The notes under the pieces: model-generated | The model's input: the letters and a program-made list of their open reading frames with translations, nothing else | What the model was told of the DNA's origin: nothing | Database searches by the model: none | Part shown: one piece after another, positions 18,392 through 26,405 of the stretch | How positions within the stretch are numbered: position 1 is the stretch's first letter | Layout: each line of letters begins with the position of its first letter | Program-made: the position numbers and the translations under genes | Assembly: GCA_038904395.1 (NCBI GenBank) | Contig: JBCKKC010000004.1 | Coordinates: 1-54,776 of the forward strand | From: Acidimicrobiia bacterium | GTDB lineage: Bacteria; Actinomycetota; Acidimicrobiia; UBA2766 | DNA: 54,776 nucleotides | Reading direction: 5' to 3'

Positions 18392-19990
18392 TTGCCGACA
18401 AGTTGTACTGCTCGTCTTGCTCAAGTAGTAGCTAGCGACATATCCGTGAGCTCTGAGGGAGTAGTCGCAATCGCAATTAATGAGTGTGTGGTTCTGTTGG
18501 ATCCGAACAGTAGTGCCAATCCTTTCTTAATAGGAGGGTGTGTTGCCAAGGTCGGGTTTGCTAGCAATGGCGATCTCTGGTTGCAAGATGTCGGGGTGGG
18601 GCCCAAATCCGAAACGTGTCCCTTTGGTGTGAATACGGTGCGGGTCTATCGGAAGGCTGGGATCCCGCGAGGCTTGAATTCGAATCCAGGAAAGGCTGGC
18701 TTTGAGGCGCAAGCGCCGGTTAGCGATTTTTCGCCTGGTCTAGATGGGGCCATGCTATTTTCCAACGGGATATCCAAGCAGGTGGGAACGTGGGAAATCG
18801 AATTGACCTCGGGACGTGCAAGTGCTCGATCTGGTTCAGTTGTTCCCTCTGCTAGCGCTGGTAGCGTTCTTCCCCCTCCGGGGGATGCATCTGTGCATCA
18901 TGACGAAGCGCAAGCTAAAAAGTATTTTCCGAACAGCGTTGCTTTGGGGCCCGACGGAAATATCTGGTTTACGGACTTTGTGGGTGGCTATATCGGCGTA
19001 ATGTCCCAAGATTTGCGCTTGCTTGCCCAGTATCCACTTGAAGAGGGCAGCAAGCCGGTGAGGATCATGGCCGGGCGTGACGGCAAGATGTACTTTATTG
19101 ATTGTGGACTAGATCGTATTGGTGCCATCACGGCAATGCCCACGCGTTGGTCAAAGGCGAAGGCTGCCAGGGAGACTAGGCCCGACTTATCGGGTGCTGC
19201 GGCGCAGTCCTATAAGGCGATAGCGGAGGATGTTCATCCAGCAGAGGAGCAATCACTGTCCACAGCTAGTGACAGTCCAGAGAGAGCTGCTGGCCCCACC
19301 AAAGCCGAACGACGTGAGTTTGCTGATCGAGCTTACGCTCAATACATGACCAAGCTTGCCGAGCAAAGGCAGGCAAAGCTCGAGGAACGCCAGGCCACGC
19401 GGGAGGCTACAGCCGAGAGGAAGCGCTTAGAGGCGGAGCGTGCGGCCCAAAAGCAGGCCGAGCTTACGGAGCAAAGGCCTTTAGAAGCTGAGAGCGTGAA
19501 AGCTGTTCGTGATGAGGCGGGACTAAATCCAGCTGCCTCTTCAAGTGACCAGGAGTATGTAGCCGGCGAGGTCGGGGATGACCAGAACGACACGGAGGGC
19601 TTGCACAGCGCCCTCAGTGTCAAATGGGACCACATTCGAAGAGAGCATTTCTATGGGCGAGAGGCCGAGTCATCGCATCCTGTGGTCACTCAACCAAGCA
19701 CTTCTGCGACTGTGCGAAGCGAATCCGTAGAGTCTGTGCCCAAGAGCCGATTCCATGAGCGGTTCAGCAGCACTGATGCGCTGTCGGGGCTGTTCGTTCA
19801 AGCCCTGAAGCGACCGTCTGGGCGAGTATACGATCCCGACGGTCGTCAAATAGTGTCCTACACATTCCCAAATTCGATTGGGACTTGCTGGCATCCGTCC
19901 AAGGGCTCAGTGGAATCCTCAACCCTCAAAATGGTCGTGGCCCGCGATGGCACTATCATCACGGCCTATCCAACCCTGAGATCTCGCTAA
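18392..19990 (+). CDS. Vgb-lyase/NHL-like beta-propeller repeats, a charged coiled-coil and a C-terminal nuclease-toxin-like domain
   Basis: Repeats LGPDGNIWFTDFVGGYIGV and AGRDGKMYFIDCGLDRIGAIT. An E/R/A/K-rich helical segment. The C-terminus runs WDHIRREH ... KSRFHERF ... VVARDGTIITAYPT. No signal peptide of its own. Confidence 0.55.
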   Translation: MPTSCTARLAQVVASDISVSSEGVVAIAINECVVLLDPNSSANPFLIGGCVAKVGFASNGDLWLQDVGVGPKSETCPFGVNTVRVYRKAGIPRGLNSNPGKAGFEAQAPVSDFSPGLDGAMLFSNGISKQVGTWEIELTSGRASARSGSVVPSASAGSVLPPPGDASVHHDEAQAKKYFPNSVALGPDGNIWFTDFVGGYIGVMSQDLRLLAQYPLEEGSKPVRIMAGRDGKMYFIDCGLDRIGAITAMPTRWSKAKAARETRPDLSGAAAQSYKAIAEDVHPAEEQSLSTASDSPERAAGPTKAERREFADRAYAQYMTKLAEQRQAKLEERQATREATAERKRLEAERAAQKQAELTEQRPLEAESVKAVRDEAGLNPAASSSDQEYVAGEVGDDQNDTEGLHSALSVKWDHIRREHFYGREAESSHPVVTQPSTSATVRSESVESVPKSRFHERFSSTDALSGLFVQALKRPSGRVYDPDGRQIVSYTFPNSIGTCWHPSKGSVESSTLKMVVARDGTIITAYPTLRSR

Positions 19991-20055
19991 GCGATAGAGA
20001 GTTTGGGGTAACCATTCAGCCCCCTTGGGCATCAGGGCTGTGAGCAGGCCATTTC

Positions 20056-20197
20056 CGTCGTTGCGAGGAAGCCGCTGCATGCAGAGCCTGTCCCGAGCGC
20101 AGCGAGGGAAAGCAATCTAGTCCGTAAGTCACTTCACGGAAACGCAGGTCGTGGACTAGGTTGCTTCGCCCTGCCAGAGCCCAGGGCTCGCAATGAC
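20056..20197. repeat. A1 palindromic element (diverged copy)
   Basis: CGTCGTTGCGAGG ... AGCAATCTAGTCC ... GGACTAGGTTGCTTCG ... CTCGCAATGAC. Confidence 0.75.
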
Positions 20198-20253
20198 TGT
20201 CAGGTAAGTCCCATTGGCCAGGCTGCATCTGTCCCAGCTAAGATCGCACATCT

Positions 20254-21987
20254 ATGCGACTAACAAGACTTTGCGCGGTAATTCTCATTCTGGCCACCTG
20301 TGTTATTGGGTGTTCTAGCAAGCGTCAGCAGAACACGAGTGGCCCGAACGCGCCATCGGCCTCGGTGTGTCAGAATCCGCCTGCTTCCCTGGCCGGATAT
20401 GGTCCGGGCGATGTGATTGCCAGTGAGGAAGTCCAGATCACGTCGAATTTGACTGGGGCGAAGGCTTGGCGCATGCTTTATGTTTCAACCAGCGTCGATG
20501 AAACAGCTCTTGTTCCCGTTTGCGCCCTCGTTGTGGCTCCGGACAAGCCAGCTAAGATCGCCACTGCCAACGAGACGGGCAAGTTGGCCACCTGGGCGCA
20601 TGGCACGATTGGTATTGCGCCCCAATGTCAACCGTCAAACAATCCGTCAAAGCTGTGGGGGACTACACCGGGCGGCATCAACATTGTTAACTATGGATCG
20701 GTTACATCGCTGGACAAGAATCAAGGTCAGCCCGCTGGCGGTATTTTGCAGCACATGATTGACGAGGGTTGGATCGTCACAGCGACTGACTACTGGCAGG
20801 GCTTGGGAACGTATCGACTCCAGCCTTATGTTGTGGGAGTTACGGCGGCGGCTAATGTTCTCGACAGTGCTCGTGCGGGAACGGCTCTTGTTGCCCAGCA
20901 GTATCCGAGTGCGCATCCGAAGCGCTACGACTTTATTACGTGGGGCCACTCTCAAGGAGGGCATGCCTCGCTTTGGGCCGGTCAGCTGGCTCGCAAATAT
21001 TTGCAGGCCACTGCTCCCCGCAAGACTGCCAACCCGGCCGAGCTACGACTAGTGGGAGTTGTTGGGGAGGCGCCAGCTTCGAATTTTGTTGCTGCTGCGG
21101 GTGCTCCACAAGCCACTTGGGGAACTCACTTGGGTGACCGTGAAATGCACCAGGTTGTTGATGCCAAGATCTTCGACATCACGGTCGATAAATTGGCGAT
21201 AGGTCCAGTCTTATTCTCATATGTGGGTGAGGCTTGGCAGCAGATGAGCACGCTTACGCCCGCTCCGAGCGCCCAGTTCCCGGCGTATTCGCCTGAGGCT
21301 GGCGGCGATCTGGATCTCGATGCATTTTTGACACCGCAAGGCTCACAGACAGCGAACTCGGCGCAAAACCTCTGTTTGAATAACAAGTCGGATGCCAAAG
21401 AACTTAGCGGCCTAGTATCTCCGTATCTACAGCCGGCCCAGAACTCGTTCTTCGTGCCGTCGATTTGGGGCCAGCCCGGGCCGGATGGCCAATATGTCGG
21501 AGAGTTGGATCGCAGTTGCGCCGCTCCTGGGTCTCCTGGCCTGGCCAAGTGGTGTGCTTGGCTCCGATGGAATGAGCCCGGACCCATCGGCACTAGCCAC
21601 TTCGAGAAGTTTCCCATGTTTGCCGACGGGACGCCCGTGCCTCTGTACATAGCCCATGGCGAAAACGACAACGTTGTCCATTGCATGTATTCGGGCGATG
21701 GTGTGGCGCCGGCCGCCGACTGCCTCTCTAAGCAGCTGTTTGATCAGTATTCGACGGCGTACTGCCCTGTCGGAAATGGCGGCCCCGCGCTCGGCTATCT
21801 CCAGCTTGATCTGTGGAAACTAGAAGAGCCGAAGAGTCCTGCTCAGCACCTGACCATCCCTGGCCAAGCTGCCAATAATGGCCAACTCGAATTTGTCGGG
21901 TCTCCACTTGAGAAATTTATGACTCAAGCAATGATGGATCCCAAAGGTTTCTCACCGGGCTGTAATGCCCGTCTCATCAACGGTTAG
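20254..21987 (+). CDS. Secreted alpha/beta-hydrolase, secretory-lipase-like lipoprotein
   Basis: Lipobox ATCVIGCSS and nucleophile elbow GHSQGG within ITWGHSQGGHASLWAG. Confidence 0.6.
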   Translation: MRLTRLCAVILILATCVIGCSSKRQQNTSGPNAPSASVCQNPPASLAGYGPGDVIASEEVQITSNLTGAKAWRMLYVSTSVDETALVPVCALVVAPDKPAKIATANETGKLATWAHGTIGIAPQCQPSNNPSKLWGTTPGGINIVNYGSVTSLDKNQGQPAGGILQHMIDEGWIVTATDYWQGLGTYRLQPYVVGVTAAANVLDSARAGTALVAQQYPSAHPKRYDFITWGHSQGGHASLWAGQLARKYLQATAPRKTANPAELRLVGVVGEAPASNFVAAAGAPQATWGTHLGDREMHQVVDAKIFDITVDKLAIGPVLFSYVGEAWQQMSTLTPAPSAQFPAYSPEAGGDLDLDAFLTPQGSQTANSAQNLCLNNKSDAKELSGLVSPYLQPAQNSFFVPSIWGQPGPDGQYVGELDRSCAAPGSPGLAKWCAWLRWNEPGPIGTSHFEKFPMFADGTPVPLYIAHGENDNVVHCMYSGDGVAPAADCLSKQLFDQYSTAYCPVGNGGPALGYLQLDLWKLEEPKSPAQHLTIPGQAANNGQLEFVGSPLEKFMTQAMMDPKGFSPGCNARLING

Positions 21988-22162
21988 AGCCTCCCGCAGC
22001 TGGTCGAAAACTGCCCGTGTCCGCGCGCCTCTGCCAGGCCGATAATCTTTTTCTTAAGTTTGCGTGGCCTAAATGCCGATGAGTTAATTGTTAAGAGGTT
22101 TCTGTGCGTGTAGGCAGTCTCTGGCTGGGAATTCCCAAGCGGCAGCAAAAGGGCTTATTACC

Positions 22163-23392
22163 ATGATGACCAGATATTTCATTGCAGTTAAGCGGTCAAT
22201 ACGCTCCTTATCAATAGGGCGCGTCCTATTTGCGCTTCTCACTTCACTTGCGTTGTTAACTGCATCCGTTTCGCCGGCGCTCGCTCAGGCAACGGCCGCA
22301 GACACTCCACCAACAACAGCGCCGCCGGGCGCGGCATCTGTGCAAGGCGACGGTCAAGGCGCCGCCGCTGGCGCCCAAGAGCAGTCCACGAGAGACAATG
22401 TGGTGGCTGCCCAAGCCGAGTATCTTCGCTTGCAAGATCAGGTCGATGCGGCTGCGAAACGGTTGTCAACGACCAATGCTGACCTCGAGCTGATGCACGG
22501 ACGAATTACTCAGGCCTATTTCCTAGAAGAGCAAGCGAAAACGGCGGCGCTTAGAGCTTTAGTTACGTTACGAGACCGGATCCGGTCGGCCTACAAACAT
22601 GATCCGGCAACTGGCTATCTTGAGTTGATCTCGGCTAAGTCAGTGAATGAGTTCCTTAAGAACAAGAAGATGGTCGATCGGCTCATCCAGAGCGACGCTC
22701 GAGTGTTACGAGACGCCCAGCTTCGTGCGGAGTCATATCACAAAACGAAATCTGACCTAAAGACAACAGCGAACTCCAGCCAAGAGGCATACGCTTCACT
22801 GGAAAATACCCAACGTGAGGTTCGGGTTGCGCAAGAGCGCCAGGGGGCGGTTGTGGCAGATCTCACTAAGCAGTTGCAGGCGATGAGCGCTGCTCGTGCG
22901 GAGGTCTTGCGTAATGCGCTGGAAGAGGCGGCTAAGAAGAACCGTGACCTAACAGTGGCCCCGCTACTTGCGCCGGGCGATCTGGTGTGTCCCGTCAAGG
23001 ATGATGCCATACTCAAGAAGCTATCCCTTTCGAATGATTGGGGTGACCCACGTTCTGGCGGACGCACTCACAAGGGAAATGACCTCTTTGCACCCTACGG
23101 GACACCCGTCGTCGCAATTGATAACGGAACGATAATCAAGACATCCCCTGTGGAAGCCGGGCTGGGCGGGATTACGCTGACGCTGCAGACAGCTTTGGGC
23201 GACACTTTCTACTACGCACATTTGAGCCGCCTTGACGTTGTGCCGGGCCAAGTGGTCGCGAGGGGTCAAGTTGTTGGGGCGGTCGGCAATACTGGCAACG
23301 CTCGTACGACACCGCCGCACGTGCACTTTGAGATGCATCCGGGCGCCGGGGACGCAGTTAATCCCTATGGCACACTGACTCGAATTTGTTAA
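22163..23392 (+). CDS. M23 family metallopeptidase with an N-terminal coiled-coil
   Basis: HKGNDLFAPYGTPVVA and HVHFEMHP motifs. Signal-like LALLTASVSPALAQA. The ORF is open from 22088. Confidence 0.8.
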   Translation: MMTRYFIAVKRSIRSLSIGRVLFALLTSLALLTASVSPALAQATAADTPPTTAPPGAASVQGDGQGAAAGAQEQSTRDNVVAAQAEYLRLQDQVDAAAKRLSTTNADLELMHGRITQAYFLEEQAKTAALRALVTLRDRIRSAYKHDPATGYLELISAKSVNEFLKNKKMVDRLIQSDARVLRDAQLRAESYHKTKSDLKTTANSSQEAYASLENTQREVRVAQERQGAVVADLTKQLQAMSAARAEVLRNALEEAAKKNRDLTVAPLLAPGDLVCPVKDDAILKKLSLSNDWGDPRSGGRTHKGNDLFAPYGTPVVAIDNGTIIKTSPVEAGLGGITLTLQTALGDTFYYAHLSRLDVVPGQVVARGQVVGAVGNTGNARTTPPHVHFEMHPGAGDAVNPYGTLTRIC

Positions 23393-23511
23393 GGCAGGCC
23401 AGATGACAGATTGAGCACGTGATGTTTGCGGCCCGACAATGTTGTCAGCAGGCTTTGGAAAAGCAGGAGAAAAGTGCGATTATTGCGAGGTAGCGAGTTT
23501 GACGTGGAGAT

Positions 23512-24066
23512 GTGATGTTGAGCGACGACACTGTCCTGACACAAATACTGAACAGTCACTATCTAGATGATTTGCGCGCACACTCAATGAGCGATTTGCG
23601 CTCCATGCGCACGAATTGTGACGAAGTGGAGTGCAGTTTGTCGTTCTCGCGCCGACTATTACATGGGCGTATCGACATTGTCGAAGATGAATTGGTGAGG
23701 CGCACACAAGGTCGTGTCTCAACTCCGTCTGATTTGGTTGCTAGACTTCCAAAGATCCTTTCCGATTCTGTTGCTACTCCTCCCGAGAGCACTCAGGGCA
23801 GTCGCATGGTGCGTAGTATGACGACAGCGGTGGCTCAACGTCATGAGGAAAATGTTGAAGACCTACTTGGGCTTTCAACGAACGATATTTCAAAGACAGA
23901 TGAAGAGTCCTTGAAAAGAGCATTGGCTACCATGCGTGATCGGGAACAAGAAGTTTCGCAGCGTCGGAAGGTTCTCCATCAGCGTCTTGATGCAATTCAA
24001 GCCGAGATGGCTCGCCGCTACCGCGACGGCGAAGCGGACGTGGCAAGTTTGTTAATGACAGAGTAA
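23512..24066 (+). CDS. RsiG-like helical protein (candidate c-di-GMP-binding anti-sigma factor)
   Basis: Two copies of ExxxSxxRxxxHxxxD (ECSLSFSRRLLHGRID and EQEVSQRRKVLHQRLD). These match the RsiG ExxxSxxRxxxQxxxD signature apart from Q to H. Confidence 0.55.
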   Translation: MMLSDDTVLTQILNSHYLDDLRAHSMSDLRSMRTNCDEVECSLSFSRRLLHGRIDIVEDELVRRTQGRVSTPSDLVARLPKILSDSVATPPESTQGSRMVRSMTTAVAQRHEENVEDLLGLSTNDISKTDEESLKRALATMRDREQEVSQRRKVLHQRLDAIQAEMARRYRDGEADVASLLMTE

Positions 24067-24088
24067 CTCGGGTTGTGAGTTTCTCTCA

Positions 24089-24724
24089 GTGCCTCGATCC
24101 CGTACAAGGATCGCTGGCTCTCCTTTTTTTAGACAAAGTGATCGTGAACTAGTGGCTAAAGATGAGCAAGACGCTGATTCAGGCGTCAAAGAAATAGACA
24201 GCGTCGGCGACGATGAGCAAGACGAAGACACGACCCATGGCCGTAGCTATATTGGCGGGGTCGAAGATCGCATGGGCCAGCTCGGCGAGTTTATCCGGGA
24301 GCGACGCAACCACGCCCGATTGTCGTTGCGCAAGCTCTCTGAACAAGCAGGCATCTCAAATCCATATTTGAGTCAAATCGAGCGGGGACTTCGCAAGCCG
24401 TCTGCCGAAATTCTTCAAGCCATCGCCAAAGCATTGCGAATCTCCTCCGAGACCTTGTATGTGCGGGCCGGCATTCTCGATGAGCGTCATGAATTTAATT
24501 CGGTCGAAAGTGCTATCCATGCGGACCCCTTGCTGACCGAACGGCACAAACAGGTGCTTGCCGACATTTATGAGAGCTTCCGTAGCGAGAGTAGAACCGA
24601 AGACGAGACCGAGTCCGAGTCCGAGTCCGAGTCCGAGTCCGAGAATTCTGCACCCTCCTCCGTCATCCTGAGTCCTGGCGCCAGCCAGGGCGTGAGGATC
24701 CAGTCCGAGACATTGCAGCAATAA
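24089..24724 (+). CDS. XRE-family helix-turn-helix transcriptional regulator
   Basis: LSLRKLSEQAGISNPYLSQIERGLRKPSAEILQAIAKAL. The start could instead be ATG 24272. The C-terminal tail is (ES)n followed by repeat-encoded residues. Confidence 0.8.
   Translation: MPRSRTRIAGSPFFRQSDRELVAKDEQDADSGVKEIDSVGDDEQDEDTTHGRSYIGGVEDRMGQLGEFIRERRNHARLSLRKLSEQAGISNPYLSQIERGLRKPSAEILQAIAKALRISSETLYVRAGILDERHEFNSVESAIHADPLLTERHKQVLADIYESFRSESRTEDETESESESESESENSAPSSVILSPGASQGVRIQSETLQQ
24605..24643 (+). repeat. Hexanucleotide microsatellite (GAGTCC)5 with degenerate flanking units, in frame inside the XRE gene
   Basis: gagacc gagtcc x5 gag, encoding ETESESESESESE. Confidence 0.9.
24661..24701 (+). repeat. 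A2 hairpin element inside the 3' end of the XRE gene
   Basis: CGTCATCCTGAGTCCTGGCGCCAGCCAGGGCGTGAGGATCC. It is translated as VILSPGASQGVRI. Confidence 0.85.
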
Positions 24725-24914
24725 GATGCATGTTGTTGACCCATTCGAACCACCTCCATCCCATTCAGGCCCCCGCCCGTCATTGCGACCCAGGAGTAAT
24801 GCTGGTGCGATCGTGCCAGCGACCTCGGCCAACGGGTCAGATGACGCATAAGCTTAAACGTTAGGCACCCTGCTAGGCAGTCACATTCTTTCCCCAAGCA
24901 AGACGAGTTCCGAA

Positions 24915-26174
24915 ATGCGCAGAGTCGCGTTTGTGAGTTACCATACTTCCCCAGCGGCGTTGCCCGGCGTCGGCGACGCGGGTGGACTAAACGTATATCT
25001 GCGCGACCTCGCCCTCACTTTGGCAGACCGGGGGGTAGCAAGCGATATCTATACCCGCAAGACGGGAAATACCCCAGACCGCTTGCTTTCAGACGGTGTT
25101 CGCCTCATCCACGTGCCGGCTGGTCCCCCTCGACCGCTCGACAAACATGAAGCGATGGAGCATCTGTCAGAGTTCACAGACACGCTCGTTGGTCACGCGC
25201 AAGCCGGTGACTACGATCTTATCCACTCGCATTACTGGCTGTCGGGTCTGGCCGGCTTCGAGGCAGCTGAACGTGTTGACGTGCCCAGCGTGCATACTGC
25301 GCACTCGCTGGCTTTGGCGGATGCGGCTCATGGCAATTCTGAGCGAAGCAGTTGCGAAAGGTTTCTGGCCGGCACAGCCACACGGCTCATCGCCAACACG
25401 ACTCATGAAGCTCAAACATTGACCCACCGCTATGGTGCTAGTCCCGAACGGGTCGTGATTATCCCACCCGGCGTCGACCATTCCCTGTTCAGGTTGCCTC
25501 AAGCTGTCGAGCGGGACCATGCCCGCCAAAGCCTTGGTGCGGCCCCCGATGAGTTGCTTGCTATTTTCGTCGGAAGAATCCAGCAGCTCAAAGGGGCCGA
25601 CTTGGCCGTAAAGGCGATACTGAGGTTGAGTCGGGAAGCGCCGAGTTTGGCCAAGCGGGTGAAGTTGCTTGTGGTCGGGGGAGCCAGTGGCGCTGATGGC
25701 GGCAGCACTTTGAGCGAGATGCAGAGGCTTGCTAGCGATCCGGCCATGCTCGCGAGCGTGGAATTTGTGCCGCCAACACTGCATCACGACCTTGCCCGTT
25801 ACTATCATGCGGCCGATGTTTGCTTGGTGCCATCACGGTCGGAATCATTTGGCTTGGTGGCCCTTGAGGCCCAAGCCTGCGGTGTTCCCGTGATTGCCAG
25901 TGCTGTCGATGGGCTAGTTCACGTAGTTCGCCATGAGCAAGGCGGCCTATTGGTGCCGCCCCAATCTGGTGTTGGCGGCTTTAGTCGGGCGCTCCAAGAT
26001 GTATTAACTGATTCCAAACTGCGGTGTCGATTGGCCGTAGGTGGCCAAGCGAATGCCGCTCAATATGAGTGGGACTTAACAGCCGATCGACACATGCGAG
26101 TCTACGAAGATATTTTGGCCGCCAGGCCTGTCGAAGATCTGGTTAATGACCCAAGATTGTTGGAATCACGCTGA
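24915..26174 (+). CDS. mshA: GT4 glycosyltransferase, MshA-like (D-inositol-3-phosphate glycosyltransferase)
   Basis: N-terminal RRVAFVSYHTSPAALPGVGDAGGLNVYLRDLA matches the MshA signature. The C-terminal GT4 motif ESFGLVALEAQACGVPVIA is present. Confidence 0.7.
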   Translation: MRRVAFVSYHTSPAALPGVGDAGGLNVYLRDLALTLADRGVASDIYTRKTGNTPDRLLSDGVRLIHVPAGPPRPLDKHEAMEHLSEFTDTLVGHAQAGDYDLIHSHYWLSGLAGFEAAERVDVPSVHTAHSLALADAAHGNSERSSCERFLAGTATRLIANTTHEAQTLTHRYGASPERVVIIPPGVDHSLFRLPQAVERDHARQSLGAAPDELLAIFVGRIQQLKGADLAVKAILRLSREAPSLAKRVKLLVVGGASGADGGSTLSEMQRLASDPAMLASVEFVPPTLHHDLARYYHAADVCLVPSRSESFGLVALEAQACGVPVIASAVDGLVHVVRHEQGGLLVPPQSGVGGFSRALQDVLTDSKLRCRLAVGGQANAAQYEWDLTADRHMRVYEDILAARPVEDLVNDPRLLESR

Positions 26175-26231
26175 CGCACCTCGTGGACCATTCTCGTTGA
26201 CTGGCTTAGTGAGTCTCGGGTTGCCCAAGAG

Positions 26232-26387
26232 TTATCCACAGGTTGTGCGTCGATGGGTAGGGCAGGCGAGATACCAGGTCAGTCACCAGTTCTGTTACAG
26301 GGGGCGGTAGATATCAACAGCCTGTGGGTAAAGGGCAGCTCCAGCTCACCCAGTTATCCACAGGGCCTCCGAAATCTGTGGATAACT
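26232..26387. promoter_or_regulatory. Cluster of DnaA-box-like 9-mers between convergent genes
   Basis: TTATCCACA at 26232-26240 and 26354-26362. TGTGGATAA at 26377-26385. TGTGGGTAA at 26323-26331. The last two perfect boxes form a 12-bp perfect inverted repeat, AGTTATCCACAG N12 CTGTGGATAACT. Confidence 0.5.
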
Positions 26388-26405
26388 TGTGGGCATCTCG
26401 TCGGG

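Noticed and set aside
21988-22162. ydaO/c-di-AMP-type riboswitch upstream of the M23 peptidase, as seen before cell-wall hydrolase genes in actinobacteria
   Set aside because: I could not find the conserved sequence blocks I associate with that riboswitch class in this leader. Only a covariance-model search could settle it.
26232-26387. Chromosomal replication origin (oriC)
   Set aside because: There is no dnaA, dnaN, rpmH or gidB nearby and no obvious AT-rich unwinding element, and the site lies between two convergent 3' ends. I kept it only as a possible secondary DnaA-box cluster or hairpin.
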